64,000 nt of DNA, taken from Camelus ferus. Taxonomy: Eukaryota. The stretch covers positions 64,916,001-64,980,000 of the forward strand of contig NC_045696.1 of assembly GCF_009834535.1 (NCBI RefSeq), read 5' to 3'. A model generated the notes under the pieces. That model saw nothing but the letters and a program-made list of their open reading frames with translations. It had not been told where the DNA came from and did no database searches. Position numbers and translations under genes: made by a program. Of this stretch, positions 28,159 to 40,836 are shown in pieces. Position 1 is the stretch's first letter. Every line of letters begins with the position of its first letter.

Positions 28159-29199
28159 TTCCTTCCCTGCTTTTAGAAAAATAATTGGAAAGTGCTTTCT
28201 CTGCTGATGCTGGGTCAATGGCTAGTGTAGCTCCACACCCACATATACATACATACATTTATACACATACATATGTGTAGTAAAAAAATATATATAGGCA
28301 TGATGGCATTATACATAACACACACAGACACTGAGGGTGATACATTTTGTCAAATAGTTTTAGCAACTGTCAAAATTCACATTTAAAATGTCTTATTTTT
28401 TTTTACTAGGATGAACTACTACACACACTATTGGATATATGGGTATTAAAAGGAGTTTAGATACATAAAAATAATAAGACTGAGATACATTCATCTGGAT
28501 ACCCAACCCCTAGCTTAAAACTTAGTTAAAAACATAAGTACGTGTGAAGCCCTTGGATGCTCTTCCTGGTGGAGAACTCTTTTCCCTTCCATACCAGACA
28601 TGACAATTACCCTGAATTTGGCTTTTTAAACATTTCCGTGCAGTTTGAGAAATATATGTTTTCATATATCTATATAGTCATCATTAAATCATTCCTAGTA
28701 TTATTTTGCATGTTTATTAACTTTTTACGAGAAGAGCATTATTGTATACACTTTTATGTCTTTTTCTTCCCCAATATTATGGTTGTGAGGTGTATGTATG
28801 TGATATATTTGCTTTATATCATTAATTTTCATTTTTGTTAAGTATCCTATTGCATGAATATGCCCAAATTTATTTATCCATTCTCTTTTTGGTGGATAAT
28901 TATCATTTCTATTTTAAGGTGATTACAAATAGTGCTGCTAAAATACTTCTTGTAGATGTTGAAGAGGCCTTCCCTGACCATCCTATGTAAAATCATCCAT
29001 TTCACCTTGGCCCTGTCTATTCTGATAGCCCAGTAGTTTTTTCTATTCATGGCTCCTGTGATGGCCTGACATACGGGTTGGGTTGTTGCTGTTTGTTTAT
29101 TTTTGATCTTCCTCCCAGGAGAATCTAAGTTTCACAAGTGAGGAGATTTTGTTTTGATCTTGATATATCTTTCTTTAAATACTCTCCCCACCTACATAT

Positions 29200-29430
29200 T
29201 TTTTTTAACATTTTCTTTTGAAATAATTTTAGACTTCAGAAAAATTACAAAATAACCCAGGAAATTTCTGTGTGCTCTTCACCCAGCTTCTCCTAATAGG
29301 TACCACTTTATGGAACAACAGCACAATTTTTGAAACCAGGAAATTAACATTGGTACAATACTATTACCTGAGCTATAGACTTTATTCAGATTTTGCCAGT
29401 TTTTCAACTGCTTTATTTTTTTTTTTTGAT
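29200..29430 (-). mobile_element. Old L1 3' end (L1MC-like)
   Basis: ttttgaaataattttagactt...gaaaccaggaaattaacattggtacaatacta. Confidence 0.65.
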
Positions 29431-30338
29431 CCTGTCACAAAGATATTTTAATTAAGAAGTTTCCAGTGAAAACAAGTAATTTGTACTTATATCTTCTCTG
29501 AGTATGGATTGGAGTAAAAATATTAGAGAAGAGTTTAAATTCTACTCATTTTTTTTAATAGAAAATTATAAACCTCTAAGTTGTTAAAATGCCTTTTCTT
29601 TTTCTACTTTGTGTGGGCAGGAGTAAAAGCTTTTGATTGTTTGAAAAAAAAATCTTGTTACTATGAGCATCTGTCAGAAGTGTGTTGTTTGGTTCAGTAG
29701 AAATTATTAGGTCCAACCGACCTTACCATAATGTCTTGGATTGAATTGATAAGACACCTGTTCTTTTGTTCATGAAGAAAAGACTAATTACATGTAATTG
29801 AGTACAAAACCAAATGGGTTTGTCAGCAGCAACAGATAAAAATCTCTGCAAATGTAATGCTAACAAAAGATGCAAAACTGTGTTGGAACACTGGCACAGA
29901 AAAAGACAAGTGCAGTTTGGAGAGTATTAATAGGAATATTTTACATAAAATTAGAAAGGTAATTATTCTGTTCCACTATTACCATAGAAGATACATTTGA
30001 ATAGGTCAAGCATACTGGGGTGAAAACAATTAAGATATTATAACCAAATGCATTGTTCACTTTTTCTCTGAACAAAAAAAAAACATTAAGAGCTGTTTAA
30101 CTATGGCATGAGCTGCCTCGTAAGCGAGTACAGTGATGAAACTGGAGCTGTTCAAGCAGATGCTGTACTGGCACTTGTAAAGAAAGGGTTTGCAAGAAAA
30201 CCCCTTTGATGTAGGAGTGGAGATGGTGGTGGTTGGCATAACCTCAGAAGTCAGTGACTTTTAAGATCTCCTTCAGTCTTGAGATTCTTCTAAAAATTAT
30301 TTTGTTGAATAGGTAAGATGAGTACATGCTACAAAATT

Positions 30339-30898
30339 GTAAAGGCAGAAAAAAAGGACATACATTTGAAAAAGAGCCAAACAGTGCTTGACAGCCAGGA
30401 TCTGGCTCGGCACTGCCAGCAGGCCTCGTGCGCTTCTGTTGAGTATAAACAGTTCATCAAAAGACCAGATCGGACAAGGCCACTGTGACCATGATGGATC
30501 AGGACAAAAACAGGACTACTCTGTAACCACGTATCAGCATAGACAAAAACAGGAAAGTTGTCCAAACCACAGAATGATCAGATCTTTCTCTATCCTGGCT
30601 TATATGGGTGGCTGCTGCTTCATCACCCAACACAGAGCCTTGGTCTCTTCTTCTTGTCTTATAGATAAGCATTATTAAGATATCCAGTTACAGGATTACA
30701 CCTGCTTCCTTAGAGCATCCAATCTGGAGTAAATCTGCTTTCTTTGAGTCTCCTTAAAAATCACTTAACCCAAGACCAAATCCTGGAAGTCCTTTTTTAC
30801 AGCTTACTAATACACCTCTGTTCTGCTATGGGTATAATTTTCCTCTTTGCTGAGAGTCCTTAAACCCAACTTTGTTCAACCACTCTGGCAGGAAGACA
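30339..30898 (+). mobile_element. Probable solo LTR (ERVL class, MER54-like)
   Basis: Begins TGT, ends ..gaagaCA, with aaacccaactttgttcaacc near the 3' end; family from recall only. Confidence 0.5.
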
Positions 30899-31069
30899 TT
30901 TATTGTCCCTCCTCTCTCTGCCATCTGGCCACATTTTTTGATATTCTTCCAGATGCAGTGGGTGCATTAACAACACATACAATATTATATGTCTATTTCT
31001 ATACTATATCTATATCATATTTATCAGTCTATCTATCTCTATCTGCCTATCTATCTATCTATCTATCTT

Positions 31070-31830
31070 GTTTACTACTTTTTTTAACTTAAAGTGTATC
31101 TACAAGACTTTTCCATATTAGTACATATTTAAATGGGATAATTGATTTAACTTAATTTCCCACTGAAGGACATTTCAGGTCTTTCTAGTATTTTGCTAAT
31201 GCAAACTATACTATAAACAATATCCTGTACAGAAGTCATGCTCCATGTGTGCAAGTGTATTTATAGGATGGCTACTTAGAAGAGGAATTGCTGGGTCAAG
31301 GTTTTGTGCTTTTATCCTTTGGAAACATACCTATTTGCTCTCCATTGTACAAATTTCCTCTGAGAGTGGCTGTTTCTTTATCTTCTAGTCAACACAATGT
31401 GTTATTAAACTTTTGGTTCTTTGTTACCTAAAAACATAAACTTTAGTTCTTATTATAAGTTAGGTTGAGCACTTGTTCAAGTATTTTAAGAGCCATCTGC
31501 ATTTCTTTTTCTATAAAATGTCTGTTTATATCTGTTTTATAACATGTCTGTTTTATCATTTGCAGGAAGTCTGTTCCTATTTTAAAACTCAGCTCATTGT
31601 TATGTGAGTTGCAAATATCTTTACTCATTTTGCTGTTTGTCTCTGAATTTTTTTGCCATGCTTTATTTTATTTTATTTTAAATATGCTTTCATGCCCTCA
31701 GCTTTTCTTTCCTATTTTGAAAAGTTTTACTCATTCCAATATTATAAAAGAACTCTCCCATATTTTAGTAAAGAATAGCTTCATTTTTATAATTTGTATT
31801 TAATTAATCCAGAATTTATTGATTGACTTT
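31070..31830 (-). mobile_element. Old L1 (L1ME-like) ORF2 3' fragment
   Basis: Minus ORF 31443-31628 (DINRHFIEKEMQMALK) resembles the ORF2p C-terminus; gaggaattgctgggtca motif. Confidence 0.7.
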
Positions 31831-33269
31831 TGATTCTAAGCCTCTAATATTTTGTGTTCCTAACTACCAATTACAGATACAAATACAGTTTCTTCAGATT
31901 TTTATGAATGTATTAAATTCACCATGAGTTAAGTATAAAAAAACATATTTCAAAAGAGTTTCAGAAATCCAATTGGAAATTAAAAAATCTAGTCATCCAG
32001 CTATGTTTTCTATACAAAACCAAACATATGATGTTTTGATACCACCAGTCACAAGTAGATAGACATAGCCAAAGCCAACAGAAGCTCTGTATGTATTGCT
32101 GAATGATGAACGAAAACATGATCCAAATAGTTGGGGAAATTCATTAAGGATGTGAGGGATCCTGCAAAGGATTATGAAGGTGTCCTGTCTTCCTAACAAG
32201 GGGCCTTTCTGGACATGGAGCTAATCTCTTTCACCTACTCAGACATACACATTACAGTAGTGATGGGAGAGCAAAGGCTATGCCGTATCCAATTATAGGG
32301 ATATTATTTTCTTCTACTGTCACCTATACTTCAAGAATATATCGTCGGTTTGTATGTGTGAAATCACACCTACAAGCTGGATGAAAAGAAAAAGAAATGC
32401 ATGTGTTAGCCTGCTGGTTTTCTCTAAGCAAGGTTATTTACATATTCCTGAACAACACTTTGGCACATGTAATGTTGTTACTCTTATAGTGGCATGCCTT
32501 TTCAAGAGCAAAATTAATATTCAGCCTTAGCTTATGAATGTAGTTACTTCACTTGATTTTTTTTTTTTTGTAAATAAAGGAAAAATGTTGCCTTTTGATT
32601 TTCATAGCTAGAAGAAAATAATGGGCATTTGTTTGAAATTTGTTTCTGTCAACTGTGTTCTAATTTTAAAGACTATTCCTTCAAATGTTTGCAAGTCCAG
32701 TTCTTTCTTTTAATAGCTCACCAACTCACATAAAGTCATAAGGAAACAGCTCCTCAAACTTTTTTGACCTTGGCTTTGTATCTTCTTATAAGTTATATTT
32801 CTTTTTGATCCTAAGACTTCTGCCTTCGTGTGTCCATCTGATCAGTAAAGTAAAACATGAACCGTTTAGAAATTATCCTTCCTCTGAGGTGCTCCATGAC
32901 TATTTATGGGCATATTTATAAGCAGGATACATAGTGGTTAAGAATCTTAGAGGAGCTACTCCACCAAGTGTATTCCTAGAAGAGGGGAGGACTGAGGTTG
33001 TGTGAGATGACATTTGCTTTAGTCTTGGGCAAATCAGGTAAACTTTCTCAGATTTAAACAACCTCTGATTTTACAGAATGAGAGTAGCAGAGAATCTGTA
33101 AGCTGTTTATAGCCTTTCCTTGAATTTTCATATAGAAGTAAATGTATGCTCAGAAAAACTGATCGACAGATTCCATTTCCATAAATACCATTTGTTCAGA
33201 AAGGTATGTTACTGGCAGGAAATCTTCAGTTTGCAAATCCCGATGTGATCTTCTCAAGGTGTATATAAA

Positions 33270-33520
33270 TAGCTGGAGACTCATAGACATAAGAGACTGA
33301 GCCAGAATGGAATTCAGACAATCTGACTTGAGATTCAATGCCTTGGCGTTAAGTATTTAATTTCTTCCTATCTTAATTCCCTCATTTGTTAAGTAGGGAT
33401 AATAATAGTACTTGGACCATAAGGTTGTTGTGTGGATTAAATGGGTGATCATAAAAAGTGCTTAAAATAATGCCTGAACATGGTTGAATGTTGTCAGTTG
33501 TTGTTGTTATTATTCTCATC
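33270..33520 (+). mobile_element. MIR SINE
   Basis: ccttggcgttaagtatttaatttcttcctatcttaattccctcatttg...aggttgttgtgtggattaaatg. Confidence 0.65.
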
Positions 33521-33675
33521 AGTAGGGGTAAGAGTCCTTGCTTGCAAGGAGCTTATAGACATTGACCATTTTAACAGAAGTGGAATTCTGAGTGGTAGGA
33601 ACTCTTGTTACATCAAAGAATTTAAAAATACTTAGCTGGGGGTGGGGTGGGGTGGGTCTTGAAGTGCACTCTAAG

Positions 33676-33870
33676 TTAGTGGTTTCTAAAGTGTGCAGAC
33701 CCCGGACCACCAGTTTTCAGCGTCATCTGAAAACTTGTTGAAAAACACGTTCTTGAGCCTCGTCCTAGATGTGCTGAATCAGAAACCCTGGGCTGGGGCT
33801 CAGCGATCTGTGTTTTGGTAAGTCCTCTGGGTAATTCTGATGCACTGCAGGAGATATGAAGGGCCACTCT
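33676..33870. mobile_element. MER5A-like hAT MITE
   Basis: agtggtttctaaagtgtg...gaatcagaaaccctggg...gcgatctgtgtttt...ggtaattctgatgcac. Confidence 0.78.
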
Positions 33871-36800
33871 CCTCTGCACCCAAGATTGGGAGTCTTCACC
33901 TTTACTAATGAAGCAGTCTCTGTTTGGGGACTGTCATACTGAGTTCTATGGGAATCTGATTCCTAACGTAATAGGGAAAGCATAGGTCTGCAGGTATACT
34001 GAAAAGCATACTGAAATTCGGACTTGCTATTAGCTCAAACGTGTGGAATCTGTTCCATTTTGATTTATTTCTTGGACAGAGTCAGAGCACAATTCTAGAC
34101 AGATACGTGATCAAACATAGGATTGGGGAGTTACCAAAGAAAGCATATATAATGATATGAGTAAGCCTGTACCGCATAGTTTTATGTCTTGAAACTTCTA
34201 CACATGCTAAGTCCTTTGCATGAAATGACTTCACCAATCTTATCTGCCTGGTAAATCACTCTTACTTACTCTTCAGAACCCTTCAAAACTCTTACCTCCT
34301 TGGTCAGCGTGAAGGCTTCTCCAGCTGTCCCCTCAGCTGCCACCCTCACACAGTACCCTGCATTGCTTACTTCACTCTACTGCCTTTGAACCATGTGTGT
34401 ACTGTTATGGTTGCAGAAGTTACATTAGACTGCAATTCCTTATCTGCATTTGTGTTTCGCCTGTTAGAGTGTAACGTCTTTATTTGTCCTTCTGCCTAGG
34501 ACAGCAGTGGACATTTTCCAAGATCCAATTCTGGAGGGCTGTGCAGGTGTGTTTCATTTAGCTGGCATACTTTAGGGGGGAAAAAAAGGAGTGTATTCAA
34601 GCAATGGGTGCACCTACTTTTCCCCACATTTTCCTCCAACCTGGCTAGTCCCTAAAGACTTTTGAGTTTGGGATACCTCAATGTTTGTGAAATCAAAATA
34701 GAACAAAACAAACAAACAAACACCCCCCAAAAAATACCTTCAAAGAAAGAGTATAAACCACTTCAATATCACCAAGTGTAAGGCAGAGTAGCTTGGGCTG
34801 TGAGTCAGACAGCATGGTTTCCAGTCCAGGTCCTGTCCCTAGTCAGCTGTATGATCTTGTTTAAGTCATGGAATCTCTCTGTTCCTTGGATTTCTGTTCT
34901 GTAAAATGAGATTTTGGAAAAGATCATCTTCACTCTTGTTGATAGATCTGAAACTTAGAAAGCCTGTAAGTTGGCAGCATTTGTTTTTACCTTTGAAAAA
35001 CCTGAAACTTAATTTTTTAAACATATTACAAAAAAGGGGCAAAATTGTGAAAACCGATAGTGCAATAATTTTTGCACTGAATTTGAAAACAGTAGTAAAT
35101 TTACTCTACCTTTAAAATATATACAGGATATGACCACTTCTTAGTAACCCTATTGCCACTCCCTAGTCCAAGCTGCTCTCATCTTTGGACTATTGCAGTA
35201 GCTTCTTAACTAATCTTGTTCCGTAAGGCTTTCCCCCTCAATCTAGTATCCACACAGCAGCCAGTTAAAACAGGTCAGATCGCTGATTTCTCTACCCATT
35301 CTGTTCCATCACACACCATTAAGGGTAAAAGCCAGATTCGTCCTACGACCAGTTAAATTTTACATAATCCTGCTCATTAGCTCCTGATGGTTCTCTCTCC
35401 TCTTTCTTTTGACTAGTCTTCCAGCTATTCCTTTAACACATCAATTATGTTCCCTCCTCAAGGCATTGATACAGCTCTCAGCATCTTCTAAAATGTCCTT
35501 TCTCCAAGTATCTAAATAGCCCACTCCCTCATCTTCATTCCCTTACTCGAAAGTGAAGCCTTTTCTCATGGAGGTCTTTTCTGGCTAATCTGTATATGTT
35601 TCAAACCCTATCTTCCAACACTTCACTCTCTCTTGGCAACCTGATTAATTTTTCCCCTCTCGACCACTTACCATGATATAATACATTTATTTTATGATGT
35701 CCGTCCTCCCCTAAAGTGTTGCCCGTGTATGTACTACACGTTTTCCTCATCCATTCTTGCTTATGTTATTGTTTCCACTAATTATGTCATCCTCTGAAAA
35801 TAAGATTGATTGCCTTTTGTCTTTGAGAACTTTTTCTGATTTTTAAAACCGGAAGTCCTGCTTTTTCCTCTGCATACACTGTACATCTCTTAAAATATTT
35901 ATGCAGTTTCATTTGTGTTGATGTATTTATTTTCTTTAAGTTATAAGTTCCTTTAGGACATTGACTACGTCTGACTTATCTTGGTGTTGGCATGTAACAA
36001 GACGTTAATAATGGGTAGTGGCTTAATAATGGATAGGGGTAGGTTAATTCATAGTAGAAATAGTATAATCAGAAGACCATTTAAATTTAAAGGCTTAATT
36101 AGCGTATAAGCTGTACAGGGCCAGGGAGCATGGTTTGTGTTTTGCATTGTTGTAACCCCAGTACCTAGAATAGTGCCTGGCACATACTAGGTTTTCAGTA
36201 TTTGTTGAATAAATGAATAAAAGTGAGTTCTCAGAAGCACCTCATAAAAAGTGGATATGATTTTGTCAGACAACACCTAGTTTGAAGGATTAATGCAAAT
36301 TAAATCCTGTTTTTTTTTTTTGGTTTATTTTTCTTTTGAGAATGACAGCATTTTAAGAGACTTCAAAGGATGGGTAAGGAAGTCATTTTCCATTATGAAA
36401 ATAAGAAGAAAATTGAGTATGCTTAGTCTGGAAAAGTGAACTCTATAGCAATAATAGTAAAAGAAGACACCACTCTTGCACAGTTTTAAGTATATCTTCA
36501 AAGCGTTATGTGAATATATATTCATAGTAATAATGACAGAGGTATCAGTTCCTGAAAGTATGTAAATGGTACATTTACCCAGAAGGGAGGGAGCCATTGC
36601 TTTTACTATTCAACTAGGACCAGCAGCTAAATTTAAACTTATGTTTTAGGAAAAAGGAAATATACACTCAGGGGCTTTAAAGGTAAGAAAAAAGAGGAGC
36701 CAGGGGGTTCTTGAAGTAGTGGAAAAGGGTACTAGAGTTGTGATGAATTAGAGATTGTTAAAATCTTCCCGAAATTACCTGATTCCGAGGCTCTGAGAAG

Positions 36801-37184
36801 TGAGTTGATTTGCTCAAGATAGAGTAAAAAAAAATTCAGTTCTGTTATATCCATATCTTTGTTCCTTCCTATGTATAAGATATTGCTTGAGAGATTATTC
36901 AGATTTGCCTGCATTCTCAGACCTAACAGATTTTAATTAATGGAAAGATTTTAATTAATGGAATTGGGATTTGTTAAATGTGGGTGGTTTGATGAAGCCT
37001 TGTCTGTAGCCACCTACTAAATAAGGGCTAAATTTTATTTTCATGTGGACCAGTATTTTCCAGAGCATACTACTGTGAAGTATAAAATAAGAACTATGTA
37101 CTTTCAATGAGGGATTTTCAAAATAAAATGGTAACCTATGTGCCAAGCATTATTTCTTAATGTATGAGTTTGGGCAATATTAGA

Positions 37185-37430
37185 TAATAATAGGTAATGT
37201 TAACTGAGTACTTTCTAAAGTGTCTAGTACAGATATGAAAATTTTATTTATTTAAGAGTTATAGCAGCCCTATAAAGCAGGTAGTGTAATTTGAAGAAGA
37301 GTAAATTGAGGCATAGGCAGTTTGACTAATTAGCCCAAGGTCATGCAGTTATTAAATGGTAGACCTGAGATTTGAACTCAGTGAGTTTAGTTCCAGAGTT
37401 ACTGCTTTTACCATTCTATGCTGACTACCC
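37185..37430 (-). mobile_element. MIR SINE
   Basis: aattgaggcatagg...gcccaaggtcatgcag...gatttgaactcag. Confidence 0.7.
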
Positions 37431-38609
37431 AATTTCTCTTTCCTCGTTAATATTTCTTAGTGCATCAGAAACATTCCCTTAAACCACACCACTACATTCT
37501 TCTCACAACACTTTAATAAAAGTATTATGAAGGGAATATGACTTATAAAATATTATGGTGATTTGCAGGCTAATCATTGAATTTGAAAGGATTGTTTTCT
37601 TCAGTATGTTTGATGTATATTAACTATAAATTACTTTTTTGGAAATAGTAAGCTGTTATACAATAACTTTAAAGATTATAAATAATCTGTTTTTTTTTTC
37701 ATATATCTGACTTAGGAAGTTTGAGGCGTGTAGGCTGTGTGTGTATGTATTTCCATGTATTATGCAGTAGCCTAGCTGGAGTGATACCGAGTAGGCATAG
37801 AGCCAGCATCCAGTGAGGTTGCACTGAGTACGTCTGCTTTCCCTGACACTGAGACAGAATGTAGAGCACATACCCTTGTCAAAATATGTCTGTACAGCAT
37901 TACTAAGCCTACTCCATAGTATTATAATTGAATTTTTTAAAATGTCCTAAAGAAACCTTCTCCGTGCTTCCTCTTACTTAGGTATTGGCAGAGGCATCGT
38001 TTTTATTGTTGTTTTAGTCTGTACCAGGGATCAGTCCTGATCCTTGGGGAAGCAGTGTGGTGGTGGGAATAGTCCATAGGATTTTAGAGACAGACAATTA
38101 AGGATATTAACAGATACTAGTATACATTTCTCCACTTACTAGCTGCATAAACTTGGGCAGTTGGCTTTGAAACCATAGTTTCTCATCTGCAAAATGGGAA
38201 TTATAGGTAAAGATTTCAAGTATATAATTTACCCTCTTGGAAGGAATTGCTTTGGAAAGTCTAAAGAGGAGAAATCTCTGCTGTCTGAAGTTTGAGCAAG
38301 AGTAACTTCAGGGAAAACTTGAGCAGAGCTCTGAGGAGCCTGTAACAGACTTTTTGGAACCTCATCTGAAGTTTCAGTGCTCATCTAGGTCCTAGACCCA
38401 ACCTCCCCATCTTTGGGAGAATTTGATCGAAGTCTAATTTAGATAGGGTTAAACTCCACTGCACTTGGAATTTCCCTCTGAGGGGGTTGGAATGAATGTG
38501 GTTATGTGGTCTGTTCTCAGTCCTTGGATTACTCTGATAACCTGAGCAGGGAAAGCCCTACTAAGATGCAAAGGAAGACAGTCCACCTCCCACCTATATC
38601 CAAGTTCTC

Positions 38610-39815
38610 TAGAACAATGGCTCCAAAATGTTTGCACATTAGAGTCACCTGGATACCTTTCAAAAAAACTTGAGACGCAGATCAATAAAATCAGAATCTC
38701 TGAGGATGGAACCCAGCACCAGTACTCCTTTAAAATCACATAGATGATTCCAAAGTGCAGTCAAATATAAGAGCAGTGATTTCTTCTAGAACATTGCTTC
38801 TTTTACTTTACTCTGCATCAGAATCACCTGGAGGGCTTGTTAAACTAACTGCTGTGGGGGCCCTAACCCCAGAGTTTGTGATTTTGGAGGTCTGGAGGAA
38901 GGGCCGAGTGTTTGTACCTCTAACAAGTTCACAGGACTACACTTGAGAACCACTCTCTGGAACAGTACTTCTCAGACCTTAAATGCACAATGATCATCTG
39001 GGGATCTTGTTAAACTGCAAATTTTGATTCAGTTGGTCTTGAATGGGGCCTGGATTCTGCCTTTCCAATAAGCTGAAGGAGATGCCAATGCTGCCCCCAC
39101 CTGTCTTTGGTCTGCTGGCTAGTAAGATTTAATATGCAATGTCGTCACCAGGGAGCTTGTTAGAACCACTTCAGACCTATTGAATTTGAAATTGCTTTTT
39201 AAAAAAATTCCTCTCCCTTTTTTTATTAAAGTACAGTCAGTTATAATGTGTCAGTTTCTGGTGTACAGCATAATGTCCCAGTCGTGCATATATATACATA
39301 TATTTGTTTTATATTCTTTTTCATTAAAGATTATTATAAGATATTGAATATAGTTCCCTGTGCTATACAGAAGAAATTTATTTTTATCTATTTCTATATA
39401 TAGTGGTTATCATTTGCAAATCTCAAGCTCCCAAATGTATCCCTTCTCACCTCCTTCCCCCAGTAACCATAGGATTGTTTCCTCTGTCTGCAAGTCTGTT
39501 TCTGTTTTGTAGATGAGTTCATTACTACTCTTTTTCCTTTTGTTTTTTTCTTCTTTCCAGGTTCCACATAAAAGTGATATCATATGGTATTTTTCTTTCC
39601 TCTTCTGGCTTACTTCACTTAGAATGACAGTCTCCAGGTCCACCCATGAAATTGCTTTTGAACAGTGCTGCATGTTGGAATCATCTGAGGAGTTTTAAAA
39701 AATATTGGTGCCTAGGTTCAATCCTGAAGACTTTTATTCAGTTAGTATGGATGTGGCCAGGACATCAGAATTTAAAAGAAAAATAACTCCTCAGAAGGTT
39801 GTAGTATGCAGCGGA
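38610..39815. mobile_element. Cluster of about 4-5 MER5A/MER5B-like MITEs interrupted by an L1
   Basis: Repeated gcat(t/c)aga(a/g)tcacctgg motifs near 38636, 38816, 38985 and 39670, separated by tctagaaca/tctggaaca junctions. Confidence 0.72.
39203..39646 (-). mobile_element. L1 3' UTR fragment nested in the MER5 cluster
   Basis: TSD tgaaattgctttt(t/g)aa at 39187-39202 and 39647-39662; minus ORF WVDLETVILSEVSQKRKEKYHMISLLCG matches the L1 ORF2p end. Confidence 0.88.
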
Positions 39816-40778
39816 AATCTTTGAGACAGAGTTACACAATAAGGTATTTGTTTTAAAGTACAGTGCAAATCATTGCTGTCCTTTTATGGAATATTCCACT
39901 ATATTTTAAAATAAGGAGGTCCTCAAGATGAAGATGACAAATACATGGTCCCTCCTGGGTCTACGACAGGTATCAGTAAATTCTCACAACATTTACTGTG
40001 TTCAAGTTTCAAACGCCTTCTAAAGACATAGCTTCAGGCAGCTACAACAAAATGCCGGGAGTTTCCTGGATGCCTCCCAGGTGCATGCTTCATCTTTATT
40101 AACTCCAACGTGTTGAGGACCAACGGGGTTCTAGTTACTGATTACAAAGATGACTCCAATACAATTCCTGCTTTCTAGCTGTTCCCATGATAGTAGAGGA
40201 GGTTGAACATTTACATAAAACAAAATTTAATAATGCAAGGTAGCACTAGTACTGCCAAGGGATTAGAAATATCACCAGATTTCAGAGCTGGGAGAGATTC
40301 CCAAAAGCCTTAGTGCTCAGAGAGAGTGGATTTTAAACTTGAATTTTGAAAAATAGGAACAAAATATGTAAGCTAAGATTAGGAGAACTGCATTTCAGAT
40401 AAGGAGGCACAAACTCACCTAGTGGAGAAAGTTCCTGCTGTGTTGGGGAAAAATGAGCTGACCAACTTGTATGAAGCAAAGAGGTTAAGTGGAGGTGTCA
40501 GACAGGACCATGTTTAAGAGCGCCTTAACTGATACATAGGAGAATTTAAAATTTATATTTTAGGACATCAGGGATCAGTGAAAGTTACTGAGCATTGCGA
40601 TAGAATAATTGGTTAAATGTGATGGGACTATCATAGTGGTGGGCTGAAACAGATTTTAAGGTAAAGAACAGTAATGCCAAAATCATCATCTTATTTTTCA
40701 AATTTTTTCTCCTCCATTATTAAAAAATTTTACCACATTTATTCCTGTAGATCCATTTAATTTTTTTGGAATGAAGCA

Positions 40779-40836
40779 AATATATATATTATATATATAC
40801 ACATATTATATATATATATATATATTTTTTTTTTTT
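40779..40836. repeat. (TA)n and poly(T) microsatellite
   Basis: Interrupted TA runs followed by a T tract. Confidence 0.85.
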
